28,452 nt of DNA from a virus. Lineage: Duplodnaviria; Caudoviricetes. Where the stretch lies: positions 1 to 28,452 of IMG/VR virus record IMGVR_UViG_3300036985_000288; one strand, 5' to 3'. Under the pieces are notes generated by a model. The model ran no database searches, was not told the origin of the DNA, and was given only the letters and a program-made list of their open reading frames with translations. Position numbers and translations under genes: made by a program. Below, one piece after another: positions 15,585 to 25,555 of this stretch (position 1 is its first letter; the number at the start of each line of letters is the position of its first letter).

Positions 15585-16784
15585 ATGGAAAATACATTGA
15601 CACCAGAACAAGTTGTGGAAAAATTAAACACAATGTTCACTGAAAAAATGGAAGGAACGGCAACGAAAAGTGACGTTAACGACCTAAAAAACGAGGTTGA
15701 ATCTTTGAAGGGATTGAACGAAAAAAGCGCGGAAATCGAAAAGGCAATCGCACGATTCGAAGGACGTTTAGAATCAATGGGTGAAAAGGCGGTAAACAAC
15801 GCACCAAAAAGATTGCAAACATTGGCGGGTGCATTTGCTGAAAAGCATTCCGATATCCTTGATGCCGTTACCAAAGGACAAACATTCAATTTGAATGTAA
15901 AAGCAATGGGGGACACGACAATCACGGGTTCATACGATGGGAATGTTGCATTGTCAACATTGGAATTGGGTGTTGACCGCGTTCAACGTCCGATTATCAA
16001 GGTTCGCAACGTTGTGAATAGCGGAACAACAACATCAAAATATGTTGTGTACATCACGCAAACCAACGCAATTGGTGCGGATTGGACGGCTGAAAGTGAA
16101 GCAAAAACTTTGTTCGCACCAACATACGAAGAGGTATCCGAAGAGGTTAAAAAGGTAGCGGGAACAATCAAAATTTCAAAAGAAATGTTGGCTGATTTGG
16201 CATTCATCCAATCAGAAATCAACACGGATTTGATGGAAGCAATCGCATCACAAATCGAAGATTCACTTATCAATGGTGCGGGTGGTGCTGAAATCAACGG
16301 ATTGTTGTCATTTGCTCAAACATTTGCGGCGGGTTCATTCGCGGGTTCAATTCCTTTGGCAAACGAAACGGATGTGATCCGCGTTGCAATTGCGCAAATC
16401 CAATCGGCTAATTTCGAACCAACACACGTTGTTTTGAATCCAAACGATGTTGCAAAAATGCAATTGACAAAAACGTCAACGGGCGAATACACATATCCAA
16501 TGTTTCTGGTTGATGCATTGGGTGTTCAAACCGTTGCCAATTTGCCAATCGTTTCAACAACGAATATTGCCGCGGGTGATTTCCTTGTTGGTGACATGAC
16601 AAAATCAAATGTTCGTGTTCGTGAGGATGTGAACATGCAAGTTGGATATGTGAACGATGATTTTCAACGCAACATGGTGACCATTTTGGCGGAAGCGCGT
16701 TTGGTTCATTACGTTAAAGCAAACCAGGTGTTCGCATTTGTAACGGGTGATTTTACAACCGCAAAGGCGGCAATCAATGACTAA
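15585..16784 (+). CDS. Major capsid protein (HK97 fold, N-terminal coiled-coil delta domain)
   Basis: 399 aa after the protease; WTAESEAK, KKVAGTIKISKEML and DDFQRNMVTILAEARL motifs. Confidence 0.92.
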   Translation: MENTLTPEQVVEKLNTMFTEKMEGTATKSDVNDLKNEVESLKGLNEKSAEIEKAIARFEGRLESMGEKAVNNAPKRLQTLAGAFAEKHSDILDAVTKGQTFNLNVKAMGDTTITGSYDGNVALSTLELGVDRVQRPIIKVRNVVNSGTTTSKYVVYITQTNAIGADWTAESEAKTLFAPTYEEVSEEVKKVAGTIKISKEMLADLAFIQSEINTDLMEAIASQIEDSLINGAGGAEINGLLSFAQTFAAGSFAGSIPLANETDVIRVAIAQIQSANFEPTHVVLNPNDVAKMQLTKTSTGEYTYPMFLVDALGVQTVANLPIVSTTNIAAGDFLVGDMTKSNVRVREDVNMQVGYVNDDFQRNMVTILAEARLVHYVKANQVFAFVTGDFTTAKAAIND

Positions 16785-16795
16785 TTAAATGTTAA

Positions 16796-16815
16796 CGGGG
16801 GACGCAAATCCCCCG
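16796..16815 (+). terminator. Hairpin after the capsid gene (terminator or mRNA-stabilising stem)
   Basis: CGGGGGA-CGCAAA-TCCCCCG; weak U-tract. Confidence 0.55.
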
Positions 16816-16829
16816 CTAATTTGCATCAA

Positions 16830-17144
16830 ATGGAAAATAAGAAACGCACACGCAAACCAAAACGGGATGTTGCCATCAACATTGATACACCGAACATCGA
16901 TTTGAATATCGAAAAGGATGTCAATGGGGATATTCGCGCTGATTTGGACACGAAAAAAGTTGATATTCATGTCGAAAAAACGGATGAAAAATTGACCATC
17001 AATGTTGAAATCGATGACCAATCCATTTATGAATTCGAATCCAATGGAAAATCGAAGCACATGGGTAAAGGTCAAATTTTCAAGGTAGCGGGGAAATTGG
17101 CGAAATATTTCATTCAACGGGGATTTGGACGCATAAAAAAATAA
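16830..17144 (+). CDS. Hypothetical protein with repeated beta-strand motifs
   Basis: ATG 16830; internal repeat INIDTPNIDLNIEK / ADLDTKKVDIHVEK. Confidence 0.65.
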   Translation: MENKKRTRKPKRDVAINIDTPNIDLNIEKDVNGDIRADLDTKKVDIHVEKTDEKLTINVEIDDQSIYEFESNGKSKHMGKGQIFKVAGKLAKYFIQRGFGRIKK

Positions 17145-17147
17145 ACG

Positions 17148-17900
17148 ATGTATTATTTAACACCGAACGATTTTAATGGGAAATTTGCATTGCATACGGG
17201 AATGTATGCGAACGCAACGATCCAGGATTACATTGACCGATACGAACCTTTGTACATGATGCAATTGTTCGGTGCTAAAATGTACGATGAATATGTTGGG
17301 GATATGGGAATTTTAAACATCCCAATTTCACCAAATTTTCAATATTTGTTTAATCCCTTCCATGAAAATATCGCATTCAACACATTGATTGTGTCGAACG
17401 GTTTGATTGACATGCTGAAAGGATTCGTTTATTTTGAATATTGCAAGGATTTAACGAACCAAATGACCATCAACGGGAATGTACGTCCAACGGGTGAAAA
17501 TTCGGCGGATGTGTCCACGTTGTATTCAATGATGTATGCCCGATACAATGAATCAATTCGCACATATCGCGCTATTCAAACGCACATCGTGAACAATTTT
17601 AATGCACCAACGGGGCAAATTGTAAGCGCATCAATCACGAATCAAGGTTCTGCATATGTTGACGCGCAAAATGTCATCGTCACGGGCGGTTCCGGATCGG
17701 GCGCATTGTTATCAATAAATGAAACGGGCGGCGCAATTGATACGGCATATTTCACCAACAAGGGAATAAATTATCAAGTTGGTGATGTGTTGACCATCAC
17801 GGGCGGAAATGATGACGCGATATTGGTCGTTGATTTAATCGGGATTGGGAATTACAACAATTTTTCGGGTGTTCACAAACAATTTAATTATTGGATATGA
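17148..17900 (+). CDS. Putative head-tail adaptor with a Gly-rich beta-domain near the C-terminus
   Basis: Position after the capsid gene; helical N-terminal part; ITNQGSAY..GGSGSGA..TNKGINYQVGDVLTITGG segment. Confidence 0.6.
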   Translation: MYYLTPNDFNGKFALHTGMYANATIQDYIDRYEPLYMMQLFGAKMYDEYVGDMGILNIPISPNFQYLFNPFHENIAFNTLIVSNGLIDMLKGFVYFEYCKDLTNQMTINGNVRPTGENSADVSTLYSMMYARYNESIRTYRAIQTHIVNNFNAPTGQIVSASITNQGSAYVDAQNVIVTGGSGSGALLSINETGGAIDTAYFTNKGINYQVGDVLTITGGNDDAILVVDLIGIGNYNNFSGVHKQFNYWI

Positions 17901-18595
17901 TGACTGATATCGCATTTGAGGTTGGTGAATTGGTTCAATCAATTGATTGCAACATTTACGGCGAATTAAATGATGATGTTGATCCGAACATTTGGGTGTC
18001 ATGCAACCTTAAATGGGCGCGTGTTGGTAAAATTGTCATGGATGAAACAACGGGGAATTCGTTCACCATTGTTTCTTTGGTTGATGATGCGTTAATTTTA
18101 GAACCATTACCAACAAATCCAACGGTCGAACCGCCATCAAATGTTTTATTGTTGCCAAATCCATTCTATTTATCGGGAACAAAAATCGCGGCGAACAACG
18201 AATGGTCGAAGGTCACCAATTCATTGATGGCAAAAACACCCGTTATTTGGTTGTTGGAATTGATACGATTCAAAACATACGGGCGCGAATCAACGATTGA
18301 TTTCGAAACGGATGTGCGATTGTTTTTCCTGGATGAAACCAACGTGACACAATATTACACATCCGACCATCGGTCAAATGTAGTGATGCCAATGACACAA
18401 TTGGTTGGTGAATTCATGGAATCGGTTGCGCGATCCAGGTCATATCAGACCATTGACCAATACGAAATTATCACATTTTCGCGGTTCGGTGTGGAACAAG
18501 AACAAGGGGTGTTTAAAAATATCCTTGATGCAAATTTAAGCGGGGTTGAAATGCGTGTCACCTTGACAAAGTATAAACAAAATTGTAAATGTTAA
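17897..18595 (+). CDS. Putative neck / tail-terminator protein
   Basis: ATGA-coupled, immediately upstream of the major tail gene; ends KQNCKC. Confidence 0.55.
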   Translation: MMTDIAFEVGELVQSIDCNIYGELNDDVDPNIWVSCNLKWARVGKIVMDETTGNSFTIVSLVDDALILEPLPTNPTVEPPSNVLLLPNPFYLSGTKIAANNEWSKVTNSLMAKTPVIWLLELIRFKTYGRESTIDFETDVRLFFLDETNVTQYYTSDHRSNVVMPMTQLVGEFMESVARSRSYQTIDQYEIITFSRFGVEQEQGVFKNILDANLSGVEMRVTLTKYKQNCKC

Positions 18596-18607
18596 AATTT
18601 AGAAAAT

Positions 18608-19507
18608 ATGGCATTAGGATGTAATTGCAATTCTGGATTGTCCAACACGGGACGTCCAAATTGTGTTCCGTTACAAAGTGTAACGAGTAAATTGATAATG
18701 GTTCCGCTCAAAGCAAATGACGGTTCATTAAACTACATTGATTTAACTTTGCCCCTTCCAACATGGGATGATTTAATCAATGAAGCGGATGCATCAAAAC
18801 GATGGTTTCCGTTACCAAATTTCGAAAATGTTGAATTGCCAAAGGCGGATTCACAATTCGAGGAAGCAAACAGCGGTCGAATGGTGTTTTTGCGTCAAGG
18901 CAAAAGGTCATTCAGCGGTGAATTGTGGGCGGAAGATTCCACACCTACATTGTTGGGTAAATTACAAAACAATCGTTGTGTTGATTTCGGTGTTTACATC
19001 GTTGATGTGAATGGAAATTTGGTTGGTTCAAAGGTAAATGGCGGATTGTATCCAATCCCCGTTGACAATCCATCATTCAACCCAACATTCGTGTTCGCAA
19101 CGGATTCAACAACACAAAAAATCATGGTCACTTTTGATTTTGACCGATTGTTTGACGAATCAACGATGTACATGATAACACCAACGGAAGCGGGAATCAA
19201 TTTCAACGATTTAACGGGATTATTGGATGTGATTTTTTCCGTTCCTGGATCAACCGCAACCACATATCAAGCGACATTGGCATTGGAATATGGAACGGCA
19301 TTGAATCCAATCCAATTTGTTGGGGCGGTTGCCGCGGATTTCCAATTGTTTAACAATGATACGTCATCAATCGTTTCAATTTCAGTAAGTGAAGCACCAT
19401 CGGGAACGTATGTGTTCACATTTATTGCACAAACAACGGGTGATGAAATGGTGTTATCGGTTATCAAACCAGGTTATGATGGTGAGGTGACATTTTTAGC
19501 ATTGTAA
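18608..19507 (+). CDS. Putative major tail (tube) protein
   Basis: 299 aa, beta-rich, with an Ig-like C-terminal part; lies between the neck genes and the tape measure, with a strong terminator shortly downstream. Confidence 0.7.
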   Translation: MALGCNCNSGLSNTGRPNCVPLQSVTSKLIMVPLKANDGSLNYIDLTLPLPTWDDLINEADASKRWFPLPNFENVELPKADSQFEEANSGRMVFLRQGKRSFSGELWAEDSTPTLLGKLQNNRCVDFGVYIVDVNGNLVGSKVNGGLYPIPVDNPSFNPTFVFATDSTTQKIMVTFDFDRLFDESTMYMITPTEAGINFNDLTGLLDVIFSVPGSTATTYQATLALEYGTALNPIQFVGAVAADFQLFNNDTSSIVSISVSEAPSGTYVFTFIAQTTGDEMVLSVIKPGYDGEVTFLAL

Positions 19508-19509
19508 TC

Positions 19510-19677
19510 ATGGCACACATCAAGGTTGGAAGCATCGAATTCGCCGTTGAACATTTGACGGGGATTTCATTGGCTGAATGTCAAGCATTTTTCGCACACA
19601 TTCGCAAGGATATTGTTAAAATCGCATGGGATAAAGCCAATCCAAAAGGGAAATCAAAACCGAAAACCAACGATTGA
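19510..19677 (+). CDS. 55-aa hypothetical protein (not in ORF track)
   Basis: Manual translation MAHIKVGSIEFAVEHLTGISLAECQAFF...KPKTND; starts 2 nt after the tail-tube stop. Confidence 0.65.
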   Translation: MAHIKVGSIEFAVEHLTGISLAECQAFFAHIRKDIVKIAWDKANPKGKSKPKTND

Positions 19678-19696
19678 TTGGTCACTACTAACAAAC

Positions 19697-19731
19697 AAAG
19701 GGGACGCGTGAATCATGCGTCCCTTTTTTTT
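19697..19731 (+). terminator. Rho-independent terminator
   Basis: AAAGGGGACGCGTG-AAT-CATGCGTCCCTTTTTTTT. Confidence 0.85.
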
Positions 19732-19738
19732 ACCTTTG
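19731..19738 (+). promoter_or_regulatory. -7 promoter box (TACCTTTG) 4 nt before an ATG
   Basis: Exact consensus abutting the terminator T-run. Confidence 0.5.
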
Positions 19739-19742
19739 TATC

Positions 19743-20213
19743 ATGTTCGATTTGATGCAAACGAAATTGGGGGAATTGTTGTTAAAATCACGGGGATTGA
19801 TATTTTCGGATGTATGGCGCGAGGTGTTCCGTGATGAACAATTTCAAACGGAAATATTGGATTGGATACGATGGGAACAATTATTCGCCGATGGTGTGGA
19901 TGAATTGGGACAAATCATTGGAACATATTCCGCATACACGGCAATGTTGAATCCAGAAAAGGCAATTGGAACACCATACACGTTGTATGATACGGGCGCA
20001 TTTTACACATCCATGGTGATGACCATTTTGGATGATGCGATTGAAATCGATGCCGATCCAATCAAGGTTGACGAATTCGGGCAAACAACCGATTTGTTCA
20101 ACAAATATGGTGATGGCATCATTGGGTTAACGGATGAAAACAAAACACGATTGGCAAATGAATTGGTTCAAAGGTTTCAAATCGAAGCCGCGCGAATATT
20201 ACAAGGGGATTGA
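19743..20213 (+). CDS. Putative tail completion / morphogenesis protein
   Basis: 156 aa; TLYDTGAFYTSM resembles the LxDTG motif of phage morphogenesis proteins; located in the tail module. Confidence 0.55.
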   Translation: MFDLMQTKLGELLLKSRGLIFSDVWREVFRDEQFQTEILDWIRWEQLFADGVDELGQIIGTYSAYTAMLNPEKAIGTPYTLYDTGAFYTSMVMTILDDAIEIDADPIKVDEFGQTTDLFNKYGDGIIGLTDENKTRLANELVQRFQIEAARILQGD

Positions 20214-20631
20214 TGACCTTCCATTGTTCAATTGGATTCAATGCCATAATGGACATTTGGAATTCACGCGAATTGGTGTTCCTGGATCACCCGAACAAGA
20301 CATCGAAACATGGCAACAAATATATGACGATTACATCCGTGAATTCGGATTGAATCAGATGCAAAAAAAAATGTTTGACGCGATGAAAAAAAAGGCATTA
20401 TTGGAATTGGATTTTGTAATCACGGGCAATCGGTTCAAATTGACCGAAATTGAAATTGCCATTGCAAAATTGGATTCAATGTTAATGCATCGCGGTGATG
20501 GCATCACCATCGACCAAATGTTGGTTCATTTGTCCAAATGGATTGGTCATTGGGTAAATTCTAAAAACATAACGACACGCGAATATTTCACACTAATTGA
20601 CCAATATGGCAAAGCAAATAAAAGCAAATGA
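20134..20631 (+). CDS. Putative tail assembly chaperone (start uncertain: 20134 or 20158)
   Basis: Helical ORF immediately before the tape measure gene; overlaps both neighbours. Confidence 0.55.
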   Translation: MKTKHDWQMNWFKGFKSKPREYYKGIDDLPLFNWIQCHNGHLEFTRIGVPGSPEQDIETWQQIYDDYIREFGLNQMQKKMFDAMKKKALLELDFVITGNRFKLTEIEIAIAKLDSMLMHRGDGITIDQMLVHLSKWIGHWVNSKNITTREYFTLIDQYGKANKSK

Positions 20632-23623
20632 TTTATTTGAGAATGAAGACATTTTCAAAGGGATACGCGAATCAGCTGAAAAAACGATATCAACCATTGA
20701 TAAATTAAACGCGGAATTTAAGCAAACCGCCGAAGGATTGAAAAGCACCATCGGAAATGCTGATTTGGGTTCATCAAAAGGAATCAATGAATTCACATCG
20801 GCAACCACAAAGGCGAACCAGATTCAAAAGGATGCAATTGAATTGTCAAAATTACGCGCCGAAGCGGAAAAACAATCCGCCATTGCGCAACGTGAACAAT
20901 CAAAGGCACAAGCCGAAGCATTGAAAACCGCCACGGCTGAAGCAAAAGCCAAAGAACAACAAGCCAAAGCGGCTGAAAAGGTTCGCAAGGCGGCGGATGA
21001 TGAAGCAAGTGCATACAAAAGATTGGAAAAATCAACGCGCGACCTTAAAAACCAATCAAAAGAATTGGGGGCGCAAATGGTAAAATTGGAACAAACGGGA
21101 CAAACCAATTCGTATGCATACGAAAAATTGGCGAAACAATATAGTGATGTTACAAATGAAGCGCGTAAAAATGACAAAGCATTAAAAGAATTGGATAAAA
21201 CCGTTGGGGACAATTTCCGCAATGTTGGTAATTATGAGGGCGCGACAAAAGGATTGAAACAAGAATTGCGGCAATTGACACAAGCATTGCAACAAATGGA
21301 AACGACCGATCCGCGATTCGCTGAAATGGCGCAACGGGCGGGGGATTTAAAAGACCAAATTTCCGATACACAAGCCGTCATCAAAGCAACGGGGGGAACG
21401 GCGGTTGAAACATTGTCAAAAGGGATTGCGGGTGTTGGTTCGGTTGGTATTGCGGCATTTCAAGGTGTTGAATCATCCATGGCATTGATGGGTGTGCAAT
21501 CCGAAGCGGTCATGGAAACAATGATGCGATTACAAGCATTGGCGGGATTGGGTGACGCATTGGAAGCATTGGGGGGATTGGGTGATAAATTGACCGAAAT
21601 CAAAGCGGCATTTGTTGCAACGGCATCCAAAATGGGATTGTTCACCGCGGCAAAAGAGGTTGATGTATTGGTGACCGAAGGTCAAATTGTAGCAACGGAA
21701 ACGGCAACGGTTGCAACGTCTGGATTGGGTAAAGCAATGAAAGCATTGCCAATTGTTGCGATAATTGCGGGATTGGCGGCATTGGCGGCGGGTGTTTACT
21801 ACTACATGTCAAGCAATGACAAAACCGCAAAAGCAATTGAAAAACGGCATAAAGCCGAAAAGGCGGCGCGTGAGGAATCAGAAAAGGCAAGGGATACAAT
21901 TGCCAAAGAAAGCACCGCATACGTTTCATTGATTATGCAATTGAAACAAACCAATGAAAATTCCAAAGAACGAAAGGATTTGATTGGAAAAATCAATGAA
22001 CAATATGGAACAACACTAAAAAATTTAAGTGATGAAACCGCGTTCCAAAATCAATTGAATGTTGCCGTTCGAGATTACATCGAATATCAAAAAAACAAAT
22101 ATACATTGGCGGCAAACGAGGATTTAATTACACGAAATCTAAAAAAACAACAGGAACTTGAAAAGGATATTTCCAAAATGGATAAAGAAAAAATTGGAAG
22201 CCGTATCGTATTGCAAAATAAATACAACGATTTAATTTTGAAGGGTGTGTCCCAATCCGAAGCATTGGACAAAAGCGGATTAGGTACATGGGATGAAAAA
22301 TATAAAAGTTTAACCGATGAATTGGGGGCGGCGCAAAAAAGGATGACCAATTACGCAACAACATCATTGAAATTGACAACGGAAACGGAAGATAAATACA
22401 TTCCCGTGACTGAAAAGGCAACAAAAGCAACCAAAGAAAAAACGAAATCACATCAAGATGCCAATGAAGCAATTCAAAAAACTCTTGATTTGATGGAATT
22501 GGAAAATCAAATCATTGAACAAACGCAATTATACGAAACCGAAAAGGACATCGCATCCGCGATCCAGGCGCAAATGGAAGGCATCGGAAAAACGGGACAA
22601 TATCAAATCGATTTAATTGACCAATTGTTGACGCGTGAACATGATTTGGAAGCCGCGCAAATCAGACGTAAATATGAAACACAATTAGCATCCAAAAACG
22701 CATTGGAAGCATCCAATGCACAAATGGCAATGGATTTGGAATTGTCACAATTAGATGATAAAACAAAGGAAAAACGGAAACAAACATTGACGGATTTGGA
22801 AACCGCGCAAGAAGATTATGCGGCAAAATGCGTTGAAACGGAACAACAAGCCGCGGATAAAATTGCTGAAATAAACAAAACACAATGGGAAAATTCCGCG
22901 AAATTTGCCGAACAAACCGCTAATTTTTTTATTGAACAAAGCAACAAAAAGATTTCACAATTGGATAAAGAAAGCGAAGCCGCGCAACAACAATATGATA
23001 CATTATCTGAATTGGCGGCAAACGGAAATATCAACGCAAAGGAATCATTGGCGGAACAACAACGCATCATAAATGAAGCAAACCAACGCAAAGAAAAGGA
23101 AATGCGCCGTCAACAACGGATTAAATTGGCGGAATCAGTATATTCAACGTATGCGGCAAAGGTTGCGTCCGGATCAAAGAACCCATTGCAGGAAACCATG
23201 ATGGAAACGGCATTGTTGCAAACATTTATTGCATCCCTTCCAACATTTGACAAAGGAATCGAAGACACGGGAACGAATGGTCGCGGATTAGACGGCAAAG
23301 GGGGATTCCTTTCAGTATTGCACCCGAACGAACGTGTTGTCCCGAAATCATTGAATGAACAAATCGGTTCAATGTCCAATGAATCATTGGCTAAAATGGC
23401 AATGGAATATCAAGCGGGGAAATTGGTTCATGGTCATAAGGGTGCGGAATCAATGCAATTGGCGGTGTTGGTCAATGAAATGCGTGATTTGAAATCAGTC
23501 ATTCAAAACAAACCCGAAACCAACATTGAATTGGGTGAAATAACGCAATCAATGATGGAAATTGTTAAGACAACCAGGGTTGGGAACACGCATACATTTA
23601 ACCGATACAAAGTAAGGAAATGA
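20606..23623 (+). CDS. Tail tape measure protein
   Basis: ~1005 aa Ala/Glu/Lys/Gln-rich coiled coil, RNVGNY motif, central hydrophobic segments. Confidence 0.9.
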   Translation: MAKQIKANDLFENEDIFKGIRESAEKTISTIDKLNAEFKQTAEGLKSTIGNADLGSSKGINEFTSATTKANQIQKDAIELSKLRAEAEKQSAIAQREQSKAQAEALKTATAEAKAKEQQAKAAEKVRKAADDEASAYKRLEKSTRDLKNQSKELGAQMVKLEQTGQTNSYAYEKLAKQYSDVTNEARKNDKALKELDKTVGDNFRNVGNYEGATKGLKQELRQLTQALQQMETTDPRFAEMAQRAGDLKDQISDTQAVIKATGGTAVETLSKGIAGVGSVGIAAFQGVESSMALMGVQSEAVMETMMRLQALAGLGDALEALGGLGDKLTEIKAAFVATASKMGLFTAAKEVDVLVTEGQIVATETATVATSGLGKAMKALPIVAIIAGLAALAAGVYYYMSSNDKTAKAIEKRHKAEKAAREESEKARDTIAKESTAYVSLIMQLKQTNENSKERKDLIGKINEQYGTTLKNLSDETAFQNQLNVAVRDYIEYQKNKYTLAANEDLITRNLKKQQELEKDISKMDKEKIGSRIVLQNKYNDLILKGVSQSEALDKSGLGTWDEKYKSLTDELGAAQKRMTNYATTSLKLTTETEDKYIPVTEKATKATKEKTKSHQDANEAIQKTLDLMELENQIIEQTQLYETEKDIASAIQAQMEGIGKTGQYQIDLIDQLLTREHDLEAAQIRRKYETQLASKNALEASNAQMAMDLELSQLDDKTKEKRKQTLTDLETAQEDYAAKCVETEQQAADKIAEINKTQWENSAKFAEQTANFFIEQSNKKISQLDKESEAAQQQYDTLSELAANGNINAKESLAEQQRIINEANQRKEKEMRRQQRIKLAESVYSTYAAKVASGSKNPLQETMMETALLQTFIASLPTFDKGIEDTGTNGRGLDGKGGFLSVLHPNERVVPKSLNEQIGSMSNESLAKMAMEYQAGKLVHGHKGAESMQLAVLVNEMRDLKSVIQNKPETNIELGEITQSMMEIVKTTRVGNTHTFNRYKVRK

Positions 23624-25338
23624 GGCATTTATTAAATGGTGTTGAAATAACACCGCGCAACCGCGATTCCATCGGTGTCGTGTCCACATTTGAAGGAAAT
23701 CCCGATGAATTGTCATTGAATGTTGATTCAATTGTGTTGCCACGCGAAGCATATGCGATGGTAAAACAACACATTGCAACCATTGGATTGTTCGAAGGGA
23801 TTCCCTATTCGGTCGAATCGGGCGGTGTCACATTGGATTATTACATTGATTTAACCGATCCAGGAAACACATACAAATCCTTTGAATGTGAATTGAAAAT
23901 CAAACGGCGCAAGGCAATTGACAATTTTAGAGATAATGCCGCGGGAACATCATTCGAATTATTGTTGAAACGCGATGTTGAATTCCCAACATTCAATGTC
24001 CCATATGTGATAATCAAAGATAATCAAGTTGAATTGGCATTGATTACGGGCATCACATTATACATGATGACATCGGCATTGATTCAATCAATAAAAGATT
24101 TGGCAACAACATTATCGCAAGGGATTCAAGCATCAACACCAAATGCGGGTGTTCCCCCTTCCATCGATGTTGGTGACATCATCGCATACATCATAAATGT
24201 GACCGCGCAAATTGTATTTATTGCGGCGCAATTGGTCGCAATCATTCAGATGGCAACCAAATTTTATTCGTTGATTTTTCCGCCAATCCGTAATTTATTG
24301 GGATGCACAATTTGGGATTTGATGCGTGTGGGTTGTGAACAATTGGGATATACATTCAATTCAACATTGGCGGTTCAATATCCAAATTATACGATTTTGC
24401 CCGTTCCCCTGGTTCGCAATCGCAAATCAATTTTTGATTGGATTCCCGAAGAATTAACCGCACCATTTAACAAGGGTGTGCCATCATCATCGGACACGAC
24501 ACCAACAATTGGGACATTGTTCGATGCGGCGGAAATATTATTCAATGCGCGAACGCGTGTTGTGAATGGTGTTGTCCAATTTGAACGGCGCGATTGGTGG
24601 GCGAATGTCACACCGAACAATATCATTCCCGCGCTGAATTTACAAGCCGAACGAACGGATGAATTTTCATACAATACGGATGAGGTGTGGAAACGATATT
24701 ACATCCATTACAATTTGGATACGATGGACATCCACACCATGGATAAAATTTATGATTATCATGATGCGGAATATTCAACCGAACCAACAAATGTTGTCAA
24801 TGCCGATTTGGTATCCATCAAGGGATTGAACGATGTCAACATTCCATTTGCAATGGGTGCGCGTAAAGAAAATTTGAATTGGTTGGAAAAATTAGTCAAA
24901 GGAATGTTTGAATTCATCGATTTTTTGACGGGAATTTTTGGCGGCGGAACAAATTTCGCAACCAAAATTGAGAATCGAAAAGGTGTGTTGATGGTGTCGC
25001 AAAATTATTTCACAACAACAAAATTATTGTATTGCATTAACGGCAAACAACAACCAGATTATTTAGATTTTATGGCGGCGCGTTCGATATGGGGGAAATT
25101 TCACTACATCAATCAGATTCAATTGAATGATTATGTGATAAAAAATGAAGCGCGTATCCGAATGACGCAATCCGATTTCGTAAATTTGTTAAATAATAAC
25201 TTTGCCGAAATTAACGGGGTGATGTGTGAAATTTTACGAATCGAATGGATTGATGAAAAATCATTTGCGCAAATCACATATCGCGAACGGAATAATTTCG
25301 CAATTGGCAAGGTCAACACGTTAGTAATTAACGATTAA
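23620..25338 (+). CDS. Putative tail-tip / hub protein
   Basis: 572 aa, ATGA-coupled to the tape measure gene. Confidence 0.6.
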   Translation: MRHLLNGVEITPRNRDSIGVVSTFEGNPDELSLNVDSIVLPREAYAMVKQHIATIGLFEGIPYSVESGGVTLDYYIDLTDPGNTYKSFECELKIKRRKAIDNFRDNAAGTSFELLLKRDVEFPTFNVPYVIIKDNQVELALITGITLYMMTSALIQSIKDLATTLSQGIQASTPNAGVPPSIDVGDIIAYIINVTAQIVFIAAQLVAIIQMATKFYSLIFPPIRNLLGCTIWDLMRVGCEQLGYTFNSTLAVQYPNYTILPVPLVRNRKSIFDWIPEELTAPFNKGVPSSSDTTPTIGTLFDAAEILFNARTRVVNGVVQFERRDWWANVTPNNIIPALNLQAERTDEFSYNTDEVWKRYYIHYNLDTMDIHTMDKIYDYHDAEYSTEPTNVVNADLVSIKGLNDVNIPFAMGARKENLNWLEKLVKGMFEFIDFLTGIFGGGTNFATKIENRKGVLMVSQNYFTTTKLLYCINGKQQPDYLDFMAARSIWGKFHYINQIQLNDYVIKNEARIRMTQSDFVNLLNNNFAEINGVMCEILRIEWIDEKSFAQITYRERNNFAIGKVNTLVIND

Positions 25339-25339
25339 A

Positions 25340-25555
25340 ATGGAACATTTAAAACAATCAATTGACCAATTATCGGTCATCCTGGATCGCGTCAAATTGG
25401 AACAATCACAAATGATTTCTAAATTGACACCCGAACAAATTGCAATGGTTGCACCCATTCAAGCCGATGTGACAAACGCATTGGATGCATTGAAAAAAGG
25501 GGATGCCGATTTCATCAATAAATTACAAAAAAAATATGCCAATCCAGATAAGTAA
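25340..25555 (+). CDS. Small helical hypothetical protein
   Basis: 71-aa ORF tightly packed in the tail module. Confidence 0.6.
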   Translation: MEHLKQSIDQLSVILDRVKLEQSQMISKLTPEQIAMVAPIQADVTNALDALKKGDADFINKLQKKYANPDK

